From a virus (taxonomy: Duplodnaviria > Heunggongvirae > Uroviricota > Caudoviricetes), in the IMG/VR virus record IMGVR_UViG_3300028887_000002, positions 1 through 64,000 of that record: a stretch of 64,000 nt of DNA, one strand, 5' to 3'. A program made the position numbers and the translations under genes. Under the pieces are notes generated by a model. The model ran no database searches and was not told the origin of the DNA. It saw nothing but the letters and a program-made list of their open reading frames with translations. Shown in pieces: positions 28,215 to 37,912 of this stretch. Numbering within the stretch: position 1 is the stretch's first letter; every line of letters begins with the position of its first letter.

Positions 28215-28646
28215 TTATTCCTTTTTATCAGTTGTTGTTTCTTTTTCTTCAAAATCGCGCTGGCCACTATTGGTTCCGAACGGGTTAATAATGAAATCTT
28301 TACCAGTGGTTGACCATCCACCACCACCTAATCTCAAGGGACAGTTGATACAATCACATTGTGGATTTGTACAATCCGCCCACGTTTTACAGTGATGTCC
28401 GCCTGTGTAAATAGGATTTGGAACACCAAAAGGATTGCTAGGCTCAAGTGTCCATGGGGTATATGTTTCAAGGCTCTTATTTGGCTTGAATTCCTTGCAG
28501 ACCATAACTAATGAATCTTCTTGGATGTCATCGTCGTCATAATCGCCATAAGCCTTTGCAACCTTAAATAACTTAAACAATCGGCAGTCTGCCTTTCTGT
28601 GCTTCTCGCATATTGCACAGCATTCGTTAATTGTTATTGCGTTCAT
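28215..28646 (-). CDS. Cys-rich hypothetical protein
   Basis: CCAIC; CTNPQCDCINCP. Confidence 0.6.
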   Translation of the reverse strand: MNAITINECCAICEKHRKADCRLFKLFKVAKAYGDYDDDDIQEDSLVMVCKEFKPNKSLETYTPWTLEPSNPFGVPNPIYTGGHHCKTWADCTNPQCDCINCPLRLGGGGWSTTGKDFIINPFGTNSGQRDFEEKETTTDKKE

Positions 28647-28730
28647 AGTTTTTTCTATTTAATTTTCTTGCAAAGAAAAACATAATTTTTGAAACTACCA
28701 AATATTTATTGAAAAAAAATATTTATAATT

Positions 28731-29132
28731 ATGTACGAGCAAGTTTGCAAATTGATTTTTCAGTTGTATTTGTATGCTGACAACACCAAGATGATACACT
28801 ATAGTACCAACGGCAACCATATTCACGAACTATGTGATACTGTCCGCGATGACATTTTGTCATTCGTTGATGATTTGGCTGAACAGTATTTTGGTGTTGA
28901 AGGGAAACCGAAGTATAATGACTTCAGTCTGAAACAGGAGATAATGGCTACCGATGATATTGGTATGTTGTGCAAGAACGCAAGCGGTACTGTTGACTGG
29001 CTGAGGAAAAAATGCGAACCCGATACCAAATTTTCGGGAATTGTATCGCTGATTGATGACTTCAAGGGGAAAATGGCAAAAGACGCTTTCCTCTCTACAT
29101 TCGACAAACTATCAAACAGGAACGAGGACTAA
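28731..29132 (+). CDS. Dps/ferritin-like four-helix protein
   Basis: KMIHY...IHELCD...VDDLAEQYFG; TATTTAT at 28703. Confidence 0.6.
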   Translation: MYEQVCKLIFQLYLYADNTKMIHYSTNGNHIHELCDTVRDDILSFVDDLAEQYFGVEGKPKYNDFSLKQEIMATDDIGMLCKNASGTVDWLRKKCEPDTKFSGIVSLIDDFKGKMAKDAFLSTFDKLSNRNED

Positions 29133-31507
29133 CAGAAGTCCTCGTCTGTGAATATGTAGCCTTTGCCGAGGTGCTTGTCGATAATCAGGTCAGTTATTCT
29201 ATCCTCCATTTGGCGTCGTATTTCCCTTAATATTGGCCTTGCACCGTATTCGCTCTCCTTTGAAACGTTTTCCTTTATAGTGTTGAATAATTTTCCAACA
29301 TACAAGGAATCGTCAGCATCATAGCCGATATTGTGCAGACGTTCAATAACCTTCTTTATTTCAATCTGTATAATTTTTGAGAGGTTTTCCTCGTTAAGCG
29401 GGTTGAATATCAGTAGCGAGTCAATACGGTTAAGGAATTCGGGATTAAACTTTGACTTGAGAGCCTTCTTGATAATCTCAACGTCAGTAATTGCAGTGTT
29501 ATCACGGGAGAAACCGATTGGGTTTGCCTTGTCGGAAACTTGTCTTGCACCAACATTCGAGGTCATTATAATTATAACATCCTTGAAGTTGACCTTTGTA
29601 CCCTTATTGTCAGTCAACTGACCATCATCGAATACTTGTAGCAATACATTGAAAACTTCTTCGTTAGCCTTTTCGATTTCATCAAGCAGTAGGACGCATC
29701 TGTTTTTTCTCTTGATTGCCTCTGTCAGTATACCACCCTCATCGTAACCGACATAACCAGCCGCCGAGCCGTATAATTTGTTCACGCTTATCTTGTCTGA
29801 ATATTCACTCATATCAAGGCGCACCATATCATCTTCCGAACCGAATACACATTCGGATAACTTCTTCGCCAGGTATGTCTTGCCAGTACCAGTACAACCT
29901 ACAGCCATGAAGACCACTGGTTTGTTCGGGTTTGAAAGTCCAACCCTATGTCGTCTTACTGCACGGCATACTTCGTCTACAGCCTCGTCCTGTCCTATAA
30001 CCATATCCTTCATCCTGTATGAAAGGTTCTTTAACTTTTCAACCTCATCCTTGTTAAGTTCACCCACTGGGATATTAATCTTCTGTGATATTGCTTTGTA
30101 GATTTCCTTTGGTTCGATTGGCGTTGCATAACGTCTAGTTCTCTGTTTCTTTTCGTGAAGTTCAATCTTGCTGTTAACTTCAATGAGTTCGTTTGTTAAT
30201 TCGTCAATTCTATCGTATTCCTTTGAAGCACTGTTTAGTTTAAGACGTTCAATCTCGTTGCTGATACTATCCCTGTCGGCTTTGAGTTTTGCTAAAGCAC
30301 TGTCCTTTATATGTAACAAGTGTTGTCTTGCTGAGACTTCATCAAGAAGGTCTATTGCCGACAACGGGAGTTTTGTATCTCTTACATAACGTTCGCACAA
30401 CTTTGCGGTCAGTTCGATTGTGGCTTCATCTATAGAAACTGAATGTTTATTTTCCAATGCGATTTTTGTTACATTCAAAAGTGATACTGTTTCACTAACT
30501 GACATTGGTTCCATCTTTATTTCGTGAAACTTGCTACATAAATTCTCGCTTGACTTTATGTATTTTGAATAACCATCGGGCGTGGTTGTACCAATAATCA
30601 TTATGTTGGGGTTATCTAGCATTTGTGATATGAGACCTGCGGTTGATATGTCGGATATGCTTGCGTTCGGCCTCAGTAACTGGTGTATATCGTCCATTAC
30701 AATAATATACTTGTTAGTTCTGTTGGCTTCCTCTATTATAGTCTTTATTTTGGCTTCGAGTATTCCTCTTGCCGCAGTACCGACCAAAAGTGACAGTACA
30801 TCAAACGATACCATTCTCTTTCCGATGAAAGGTGACGGAACTTCTTCTGAACAAAGTAGGTTTGCGATATGGTTTATCGTGGTAGTCTTTCCGATACCGT
30901 CTTCACCAACCACGATTGCGTTGTTGCGTTCATTCTTTGCGAGTGTATTGAAAATATCGGCTATAATATTATCCCTTCCGTATGCGGTAGGTAAGTTTCC
31001 TTCAGAAGCCATCTTGCTTAGGCTGGGCAATATCCTCTCAATTTCACCAGTTTCACTTGTTTTGGTATCCTTCTGGACTTTCTTTTTCTTAAAGAGTTCC
31101 TTTAGAACTTTGTCCTTGTTCTCTGCAAGTCTTTTGACTGAACTATCCGATATCTCTTCGAGTTTGGCATATATGTCATTGTTGCTTCTTGATATGCTTA
31201 TCAATATGTCACAACTGTCGATTACTGAATTTTTGATGTTGCCGACGGCTGATGAAATAAACCCTTCGACATCTGGGCTTGTCTTTGGAACAAAAGTGCT
31301 TCCAGTAAGTTTGGTTATGCAGAACTCGCTTATTTCTACCAGTCGGTTTTCACCGATAGTCGCGGCAAGCACCCTGTTTGCAAGACACTTGTTGTCAAAT
31401 GTTACCGAAAGCAAATAATGATATGGCGTAATGTTCTTGGTTGGATATTCAACCGCTATGCTGCTTAGCGTTTCAATCAGTTTGTTAAGTTCTATACTGT
31501 GTTCCAT
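29129..31507 (-). CDS. ClpC/ClpB-family AAA+ ATPase
   Basis: GEDGIGKT, LPLSAIDLLDE, coiled-coil M-domain, VIGQDEAV, GCTGTGKT, RLDMSEY, GYVGY, LLDEIEKA, IGF loop, GARP. Confidence 0.93.
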   Translation of the reverse strand: MEHSIELNKLIETLSSIAVEYPTKNITPYHYLLSVTFDNKCLANRVLAATIGENRLVEISEFCITKLTGSTFVPKTSPDVEGFISSAVGNIKNSVIDSCDILISISRSNNDIYAKLEEISDSSVKRLAENKDKVLKELFKKKKVQKDTKTSETGEIERILPSLSKMASEGNLPTAYGRDNIIADIFNTLAKNERNNAIVVGEDGIGKTTTINHIANLLCSEEVPSPFIGKRMVSFDVLSLLVGTAARGILEAKIKTIIEEANRTNKYIIVMDDIHQLLRPNASISDISTAGLISQMLDNPNIMIIGTTTPDGYSKYIKSSENLCSKFHEIKMEPMSVSETVSLLNVTKIALENKHSVSIDEATIELTAKLCERYVRDTKLPLSAIDLLDEVSARQHLLHIKDSALAKLKADRDSISNEIERLKLNSASKEYDRIDELTNELIEVNSKIELHEKKQRTRRYATPIEPKEIYKAISQKINIPVGELNKDEVEKLKNLSYRMKDMVIGQDEAVDEVCRAVRRHRVGLSNPNKPVVFMAVGCTGTGKTYLAKKLSECVFGSEDDMVRLDMSEYSDKISVNKLYGSAAGYVGYDEGGILTEAIKRKNRCVLLLDEIEKANEEVFNVLLQVFDDGQLTDNKGTKVNFKDVIIIMTSNVGARQVSDKANPIGFSRDNTAITDVEIIKKALKSKFNPEFLNRIDSLLIFNPLNEENLSKIIQIEIKKVIERLHNIGYDADDSLYVGKLFNTIKENVSKESEYGARPILREIRRQMEDRITDLIIDKHLGKGYIFTDEDFC

Positions 31508-31557
31508 CGCAATTAGAATTTCCCTAAATATAGGGGATTGTGACAGGAAAAACCACC

Positions 31558-32013
31558 TTATGCTATGTTTGAAACAAGAATATCCCTTAGTTTCTCTATA
31601 TCCGACACTGTTATGCCTGTTATAGGGTCAGTCTGTACAAAATGTTCCGCTTGTGAGAGTAACATATCGCCATCGTCATCTACTATAGCATACTGGTAGT
31701 CAAAGTCCTTGCAATTATCACATAGCCACTTAGCAATAGAGTTGCCTCGTACAATCCAATCGTTTCCAATTTCGTAATGTGCGGTATAACCGACAATAGG
31801 CAGTTGAAGCCCTTTGTCTTCAAGGGTCTTTGCAGTCTTTCCGTTATCATACCCCCACGAGGAAGATATAACAATCAAACAATCCAATGAGTTTAGAAGT
31901 TTGACCTTTTCGGGGTCAATAAAATCACCACCTTTTGTTCTGTTGCGTAGGTAGTCTTCCCCAGCAAGCACCCCGTCAATATCAAGGAATAATATCTTCT
32001 TTCTTTCAAGCAT
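31558..32013 (-). CDS. HAD domain protein (Swiss Army Knife RNA-repair-like)
   Basis: FLDIDGVL, IVISSSW, RGNSI..WL, YAIVDDDGDML, FVQTD..TGIT. Confidence 0.8.
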   Translation of the reverse strand: MLERKKILFLDIDGVLAGEDYLRNRTKGGDFIDPEKVKLLNSLDCLIVISSSWGYDNGKTAKTLEDKGLQLPIVGYTAHYEIGNDWIVRGNSIAKWLCDNCKDFDYQYAIVDDDGDMLLSQAEHFVQTDPITGITVSDIEKLRDILVSNIA

Positions 32014-32330
32014 TACTTTGCTAGTTTTTTCACTTTGAAATGTTTGCAATCATAAGCAAAGTCGGTTGATGATGTGTCCCCGTTTTCCCTTATGAACTGA
32101 ACATAGTCACCCTGTATTGCAATAATCGTACCTCTATATGTGAGAGGTTTGTCAAATGGGTCATTGGTTTCCATTGTAGTCTCAAATCTATCACCGACCT
32201 CAAAGTCTTCAATATTTGTTCGACTTGTGAAATTGATTGTTATACAATTAGTGAAAACTGAAATTATAAAAAATGTTGTCAACATAAATAATATAGTTGC
32301 AAATATAGCTATTATAACATTCTTGTCCAT
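32013..32330 (-). CDS. membrane-anchored hypothetical protein
   Basis: N-terminal TM helix. Confidence 0.55.
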   Translation of the reverse strand: MDKNVIIAIFATILFMLTTFFIISVFTNCITINFTSRTNIEDFEVGDRFETTMETNDPFDKPLTYRGTIIAIQGDYVQFIRENGDTSSTDFAYDCKHFKVKKLAK

Positions 32331-32331
32331 A

Positions 32332-32733
32332 TCATTTAAAAATTTTGGCTCTTTTTTCTTTATTAATTAGTTCATCTAGAGTCTTCTGCGCCTCTTCAAC
32401 TCTTTCCTTTGCCTCCTTTATGGCAAATAGTTCATCGGCGGTTCGTGGTTCTGGAACTCCCTTGCAGAATTCTTCAAAGGTCAAGAACTTCAATCCTAAC
32501 ATACCATATTCCAATAACTTTTCATACCAATCGTCAAACTTCTTTGGTTCAATATCATAGTCAATACTATATCTGATAGTTGACATATCGGCAAATATAT
32601 CGCCCAAGTCTGCAACACCGCCTCTGTCGTCACCAACCCAATAACTTGCAAGGTAGTCAAAGTCGTGTTTCTCACAGAACTCCTTGAGGTATTCGTCACA
32701 TACCTTGCGCCACTTTGTCCTTAATAGTTCCAT
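32332..32733 (-). CDS. hypothetical protein
   Basis: FCEKHDF...YWVGDD.GG motif. Confidence 0.6.
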   Translation of the reverse strand: MELLRTKWRKVCDEYLKEFCEKHDFDYLASYWVGDDRGGVADLGDIFADMSTIRYSIDYDIEPKKFDDWYEKLLEYGMLGLKFLTFEEFCKGVPEPRTADELFAIKEAKERVEEAQKTLDELINKEKRAKIFK

Positions 32734-32738
32734 ATGTT

Positions 32739-33230
32739 CTACTCCTCTTCCTTTGGTTTAACAATTACTAGGTCGCCACCGCTATAAGCCTTGAACGGCT
32801 TGTCGGCCATCACTGTGTGTCGCATTATTTCGCGCTGTTCGTCAGTGAATACATAGTTGAACCTCGCATGTCTCAAAACTTGATACATATCCCAGTAGCA
32901 GTCAGCAGTATCATCATAACCGATACCATAACTTGCATGGTCGGATAAACCCCAGCACAACTTCTTGATTTCACTGAGGTGCTGTTCAAGCGAATGCCTC
33001 ATTTCCCACCATTCCTTTGTACCGATTGAAGTCTTATCGGTATGCTGCTTTTTCTTCTCTTCCTTTTCGTATGCTGCTTCACATACTTCTTGTACAGTGA
33101 AGCCCAGTTGCCCGCAAGTTATCCTTGACATAAACTCGCAGGCGTGTTCAAGATACCACATCTGGTCTTCATCCAGTTCAATCGTGAACTTTTTCTTTTT
33201 TTCTTTCTTATCTTTCATAGTAAACCGCAA
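32739..33230 (-). CDS. hypothetical protein
   Basis: ACEFMSRI..GQ...WDMYQVLRH. Confidence 0.6.
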   Translation of the reverse strand: MRFTMKDKKEKKKKFTIELDEDQMWYLEHACEFMSRITCGQLGFTVQEVCEAAYEKEEKKKQHTDKTSIGTKEWWEMRHSLEQHLSEIKKLCWGLSDHASYGIGYDDTADCYWDMYQVLRHARFNYVFTDEQREIMRHTVMADKPFKAYSGGDLVIVKPKEEE

Positions 33231-33232
33231 TA

Positions 33233-33937
33233 TTAGTTATCAACTTCTATTTCTACAAGGTCATCGTCTTCCATATCACTTTCATAGTAGATGTCAACCC
33301 AATCGTCATCTTCTGGAATTTCAACATCAATGCCGAAAACATCCTTCCAAGCGTTCTTTACTGTTTCGCGGTTGGTACTTGGCGCAGCCCATACAAGTGA
33401 AACGAAATGGTTTACATCTCTAAGGCCAAAACGATAGGTTCTCCTGTAACCTTCAAGGATTTCCTTGAGTTTGTTGGCTGGTTCCTCACCGATAATCTTG
33501 TCAATTGTATCAACATCAATACAATGACGGACATTCTTACCATCACTCCATTTGGTTGGGGTATTTACTTCGTGCAAACCGCCTTTTTCATAGAGGATTT
33601 CCAATAAGAACTTCATATCATCATCCCAGTAGGCTGATATGCCGTATGCTTCCTGGCGATTATTCAGAATGGTCTTCTGTACATTATATGGAACATAGAA
33701 AAAGTCATCTGGGTATGTATACTTTCCGTCACAATATGTCTTACGCCAGTTCTCATCGCCGTTTTCAGCCTTGCATTCTTCATTGAGTTCCTTGCAGATT
33801 TCCATAAACGACTTGTCGCTGACAGGACGTGCGATGCTGTACATATAGTCAAGGGTTTCACGCAACTGCTTGCTGATTACATCCGACCTGTTGAGGTAGT
33901 CATATACTACCTTTGAATTTTTTGAATTGGTTTCCAT
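33233..33937 (-). CDS. hypothetical protein
   Basis: Start moved to METNSK, downstream of the promoter at 33982-34012. Confidence 0.6.
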   Translation of the reverse strand: METNSKNSKVVYDYLNRSDVISKQLRETLDYMYSIARPVSDKSFMEICKELNEECKAENGDENWRKTYCDGKYTYPDDFFYVPYNVQKTILNNRQEAYGISAYWDDDMKFLLEILYEKGGLHEVNTPTKWSDGKNVRHCIDVDTIDKIIGEEPANKLKEILEGYRRTYRFGLRDVNHFVSLVWAAPSTNRETVKNAWKDVFGIDVEIPEDDDWVDIYYESDMEDDDLVEIEVDN

Positions 33938-34035
33938 AGTATTATATTTTTTTCTGTTATTTATAAAATTTTTTCCAAACGCAAAAATAACTAATATTTT
34001 TGAATCGCCAAATAATTTTTTTTTTGTTTTTTTTT

Positions 34036-34383
34036 CTAACAATAGACTTTTGGTGTTCTATAACTGTACCACTGGTTAGCGTTATAGAACATTTGTTCGA
34101 GTTCGCGCCTGTCGGTGTCAACCATAACAACATTAAGTGCTGTCAATAATATGTCGTTGAATAGGCGGAAGTTGTCGTGGTTGTCAATTCCGATGTAATA
34201 TTCATCTTCTTTTCCATAAATATCAACAACTACCTTGTATGCGTATGAAGGGTTGGCATCTATATCTACTCGTACCTTTGATGCATCGTCAAGTCCATCA
34301 AAATATCCTACATTGTCAGGATTTTCCCTTTCGATTGAAAGAATGTATATTCCGTTTGTATTCATATAGTTGTAATTTTTCAA
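34036..34383 (-). CDS. hypothetical protein
   Basis: Operon packing. Confidence 0.5.
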   Translation of the reverse strand: MKNYNYMNTNGIYILSIERENPDNVGYFDGLDDASKVRVDIDANPSYAYKVVVDIYGKEDEYYIGIDNHDNFRLFNDILLTALNVVMVDTDRRELEQMFYNANQWYSYRTPKVYC

Positions 34384-34385
34384 AG

Positions 34386-34721
34386 TTAAACAAAAATCAA
34401 GTAGTCCATTATTCCATAACCACCAGACGCTTGTGCGAATTTCACTTTCTTGCTGTTGAGTTCTTCTTCAATGTCACCAAGCACCCAACCGTGTTTATAT
34501 TTGTATCTTGTTTTGTCTTGGAAGTTCTCCTCCGCATTATATTCATCCTTGATTATGTCAAAACAACCAAACTCTTCGGGACGATTGCGAACTATATAAT
34601 GGACAAAATCTTCAACAGTCATCTGATAACGCATTTTGATATCGAATGACATCGTGCAATCGCGTGACATTTCATTGGTGGATATGAATTCTAAAGTGTG
34701 CATATTGTTAATATTTTCCAA
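34386..34721 (-). CDS. hypothetical protein
   Basis: Operon packing. Confidence 0.5.
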   Translation of the reverse strand: MENINNMHTLEFISTNEMSRDCTMSFDIKMRYQMTVEDFVHYIVRNRPEEFGCFDIIKDEYNAEENFQDKTRYKYKHGWVLGDIEEELNSKKVKFAQASGGYGIMDYLIFV

Positions 34722-35571
34722 TAATAGTCAATGCCTGTGGTGGAATGTTGTTATAGGTGTAGATTGCTCGGCTTGCCATTGGGTCAACATAAAATTGAAT
34801 GTTTTCTGGAAGTTTTGATATGTCAATCCTCAGAATTGTGTATTCGTTATTGTCAGAATCATGTAGTTTGGTGTTGCGTGACCTTTCTATCTGAATATTC
34901 TTCAATGTGACGGTTTGGTCGTAGGTTAATCCATTTCCCTTCATACAATACACACGACTCGGATAAAAGAAAAGGGTATTGTTTGCGTGTGGTGAAAGTC
35001 CTTTTTCCAAAATCTTCTTCAAGTGAATTGTCGGGGTTGCATGATAAAGAAATTGATAGTTTTCCTTGATTTCCTCGGTCACTTCCTCTGAAAACTTCGG
35101 TTCAAAATAATAAGCCACAAACTTTCCATCATTGGATGTTTTGTTTTCCCTTGATGTGTGATAACCGCAAGTTTGCATATAATGTTTGATTTCACCGATG
35201 GTGTTCTTGTCGGTTGTGGCTGATAGTATGATGATTGGAAGCATTATCTTCTTGCCGTCCGAAAAAAACTCCTTGATTTGGAACTGGTTGGGATTAAGGC
35301 TGAACCTTCTACAAATGATATCCTTTGTTTTGTTAATATCATAAGTTCGGATTAGCCCTTCCTCTATAGGCTCCTCAAATCTTCTTCGCATAAACTCTGG
35401 GTCACTGTAACTTCCATAAGTCCAACGCATATCAGGAATATCATCACAATTCTCAATTGGTTCGGTCACCTTTTTCTTGCTGTCCTCAATGTTTTTCAGA
35501 TATTCGCCAAGTACCTCTTTGGTGATATTAACCAAATCATCTTTTGATATTTTGAAAGTTTTCTTAGCCAT
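34708..35571 (-). CDS. protein with C-terminal KptA/Tpt1-like ART-fold domain
   Basis: LYHATP..LKKILEKGLSP, RVY, ILRID, FYVDP, IYTYNNIPP. Confidence 0.65.
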   Translation of the reverse strand: MAKKTFKISKDDLVNITKEVLGEYLKNIEDSKKKVTEPIENCDDIPDMRWTYGSYSDPEFMRRRFEEPIEEGLIRTYDINKTKDIICRRFSLNPNQFQIKEFFSDGKKIMLPIIILSATTDKNTIGEIKHYMQTCGYHTSRENKTSNDGKFVAYYFEPKFSEEVTEEIKENYQFLYHATPTIHLKKILEKGLSPHANNTLFFYPSRVYCMKGNGLTYDQTVTLKNIQIERSRNTKLHDSDNNEYTILRIDISKLPENIQFYVDPMASRAIYTYNNIPPQALTIIGKY

Positions 35572-35615
35572 AGTTTCTTGAAATATTTTTTTTTCACTCA
35601 ACAAAAATATAACAT

Positions 35616-36062
35616 TTATTTGGAGCTGCCAAATATTTTGTCAATTTTCTTTCCGTTTTGGTACGCAACATATGTCCCGTCAACAAAATATAGGTTGATA
35701 TCGGACTTGCCGTATTTAGAAAATTGAGAATAGAACCATTCGTCCTTTGTGAACAGACGTCGTTTCATATTGTCGGTGAGTGTTGAATTGACAAATGATG
35801 GTCTAACCAGTTCAGCCTTTCTGCTTTCGTTTTTCGCCGTTTCTGAATTTCCGTCCCGATAGTTCGACAGACAACTGGCGTAATGTTTAAGGTAGTCTAG
35901 ATGACTGCTGTACATCTTCACGACTGGATGGTTTTTCCATGCGGTACTTTCGCCTTTGATTGCCTTGACGATTTGGTTGCATTCGACTATCTGCTTGTTC
36001 AACCTCCGTCTGTCAAGGACTGACGCTGTGTAGTATGGCGTTCCGAGAATAAAGATTTGCAT
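35616..36062 (-). CDS. denV: pyrimidine-dimer DNA glycosylase / endonuclease V family
   Basis: MQIF...LDRRRLNKQIVECNQI...WKNHPVVKMY...LFTKD..FYSQF. Confidence 0.8.
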   Translation of the reverse strand: MQIFILGTPYYTASVLDRRRLNKQIVECNQIVKAIKGESTAWKNHPVVKMYSSHLDYLKHYASCLSNYRDGNSETAKNESRKAELVRPSFVNSTLTDNMKRRLFTKDEWFYSQFSKYGKSDINLYFVDGTYVAYQNGKKIDKIFGSSK

Positions 36063-36069
36063 GGTTATA

Positions 36070-36348
36070 TTACTTAAAAATGGTTTCACAATAAAATGCT
36101 AACGGTTTATCTTTGAACTGATATTCCTCAATAACAGCATCTTCAGTGAATTCTATCTCGTTTTTTGTTTCATAATCAATGGAAACACCAACATTGATAA
36201 TGCGTCCGAACCAAGAACTTTTGTCATAAAAGAAACACTTGGTAGGTCTAACTACAATGCCATCGGGAAATTTCACCCGACACTGCAAGGTTGGGCAGAA
36301 ATAACTCCTATTGTTATCAAGTCTATAATATTTGTTAGTTTCAATCAT
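36070..36348 (-). CDS. hypothetical protein
   Basis: Operon packing. Confidence 0.5.
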   Translation of the reverse strand: MIETNKYYRLDNNRSYFCPTLQCRVKFPDGIVVRPTKCFFYDKSSWFGRIINVGVSIDYETKNEIEFTEDAVIEEYQFKDKPLAFYCETIFK

Positions 36349-36367
36349 TTGTTCTATTTTTGTTTAA

Positions 36368-36412
36368 TAAAACGGGCAAGAAGTCCCCTTCCTTCGGGTG
36401 GGGGTAGTTCAT
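36368..36412 (+). mobile_element. 45-bp solo LE/RE hybrid scar of the 37832-39308 element
   Basis: TTTAA|TAAAACGGGCAAGAAGTCCCCTTCCTTCGGGTGGGGGTAGTTCAT: starts like the left end, ends like the right end. Confidence 0.85.
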
Positions 36413-36615
36413 AGTCCTAATGTTAAATCTTTCTCTTCTCCGTCATCAGTCACTATAAAAGTGCCATGATAACTTGCTACAAACAAGTCTGCTTCTACAT
36501 CGTAATAGTATGGATGATTCGTTCCAGGTCCATACTCACTCTTTGGAGTATCTGCATAGACTTTGTAATAGGTCTTGCACAACTCTTCTATCTTCTGTTG
36601 TTTCTCTATTGTCAT
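36409..36615 (-). CDS. hypothetical protein
   Basis: Ends LTLGL* with or without the scar. Confidence 0.6.
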   Translation of the reverse strand: MTIEKQQKIEELCKTYYKVYADTPKSEYGPGTNHPYYYDVEADLFVASYHGTFIVTDDGEEKDLTLGL

Positions 36616-36617
36616 AA

Positions 36618-37487
36618 TTACTCTCCTATTAATATTCTCTGTTCAACATAGTCTCTATCCTGTGTGAGAATTGGCATATCATAATCAATAATCCACTCTT
36701 TACGAATTTCACCATTCTCTAAAGTTCTTGGAATCTGGATTACTGCAACTCCTCTCTTGAACTTCGTAGGAATGTCATTCCAGTTGATTCCTTTCTCAGT
36801 CATTAGCATATCTTGAATGTCATTGCAAGATTTCTTGAACAACTGCTTTGGTGAATAGTGATACCTTCCGAGCATCTCAATAGAGTTTCTTGTAGCATCT
36901 TGCTGCCTCCAAATCACACAGTTACAAACCTCCTCTTTAGGTATATTGAAGCATCTTGCATCGAACATTGCAGTGCCTTCTACTGACTTATAAGTTTCTA
37001 ACAACTTTTCAATCTTTTCAGTATCTTCTAAGTCCAGACCATACACTTCTTTGAATTGTGTCTTATGTTTTTCAAATGAAGGATTGTTAAACGCATAATC
37101 TCTTTGAAAAAATATATCTACAAATTCTTTGAAATATTTATTGAACAACATAGTAGCCATTGAAGCAGTAATACTACACATCTTCTGAACTTCATAGCCA
37201 AACCACGCTTCTGTATTCAACTTCTCATAATCCTGAAGTACCAATGTAATTTCATCAGATTGAGTATAGCCAAATACACAGCCTTGAATTCTCTTACAAA
37301 GCTCTTTAGTGGTCTCAGCCATTGTGTATTGTAATACATAATCATAAGGCTTGTTGAAATGCCTTGTGAAAGTGTGAAAAGCCTTGCCGTCGATTCTTAT
37401 GATTACTGGAGTTCTTCTCATAAGCGAAGTCTTTGAAATGCCTTCATAATAAGACTTCATTCTATCACCTAAACTATCTTTTGTCAT
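36618..37487 (-). CDS. tRNA(His) guanylyltransferase Thg1-like protein
   Basis: LGDRMKSYYE, IRIDGKAFHTFT, GYTQSDEI, FDAR, WRQQDATRNS. Confidence 0.93.
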   Translation of the reverse strand: MTKDSLGDRMKSYYEGISKTSLMRRTPVIIRIDGKAFHTFTRHFNKPYDYVLQYTMAETTKELCKRIQGCVFGYTQSDEITLVLQDYEKLNTEAWFGYEVQKMCSITASMATMLFNKYFKEFVDIFFQRDYAFNNPSFEKHKTQFKEVYGLDLEDTEKIEKLLETYKSVEGTAMFDARCFNIPKEEVCNCVIWRQQDATRNSIEMLGRYHYSPKQLFKKSCNDIQDMLMTEKGINWNDIPTKFKRGVAVIQIPRTLENGEIRKEWIIDYDMPILTQDRDYVEQRILIGE

Positions 37488-37491
37488 AATT

Positions 37492-37702
37492 CTTATTTGT
37501 TTTCTTTTACATCAAGATAAATTACTTCAATATTTGGCATTCCTTCTTCATGCGGAATAGGGTCCATTTCATCATCACCAGTAGTTGGAAAAGCACCTTA
37601 TTTAGATATATCTATATTTGATGCATCGTATCTCTCAAAATTCAAATCATTATCACAAACAGTTCCGACTATTTCTACTTCTTTAATATCACTAATTTTC
37701 AT
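37492..37702 (-). pseudogene. small ORF interrupted by an in-frame TAA
   Basis: MKISDIKEVEIVGTV...IDISK*GAFPTTG...DVKENK*. Confidence 0.35.
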
Positions 37703-37750
37703 ATCTCTATATATTTTTTTTAAATCTTATATTCTATTATTTTGTTTCTC

Positions 37751-37912
37751 TTAAATATACAATTCCCAAGAAAAATTTAGTTTTCTTCCATTGTCTGTTG
37801 GAAGATGTGGTGCAGATTTAATTGCATTTAATAATACGGGCAAGAAGTCTCCTTCCTTCAGGTGGGGGATGAATTGCCCTTGGTTGATAATATCGTTAGT
37901 TATCTCTGTCAT
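37751..37912 (-). CDS. chimeric ORF: IS-encoded start fused to the 3' half of the interrupted phage gene
   Basis: MTEITNDIINQGQFIPHLKEGDFLPVL|LNAIKSAPH...WELYI; promoter at 37936-37967. Confidence 0.55.
   Translation of the reverse strand: MTEITNDIINQGQFIPHLKEGDFLPVLLNAIKSAPHLPTDNGRKLNFSWELYI

Noticed and set aside
37492-37702. Read-through of an internal TAA
   Set aside because: A single case with no supporting context; a decayed gene or deletion junction is more likely.
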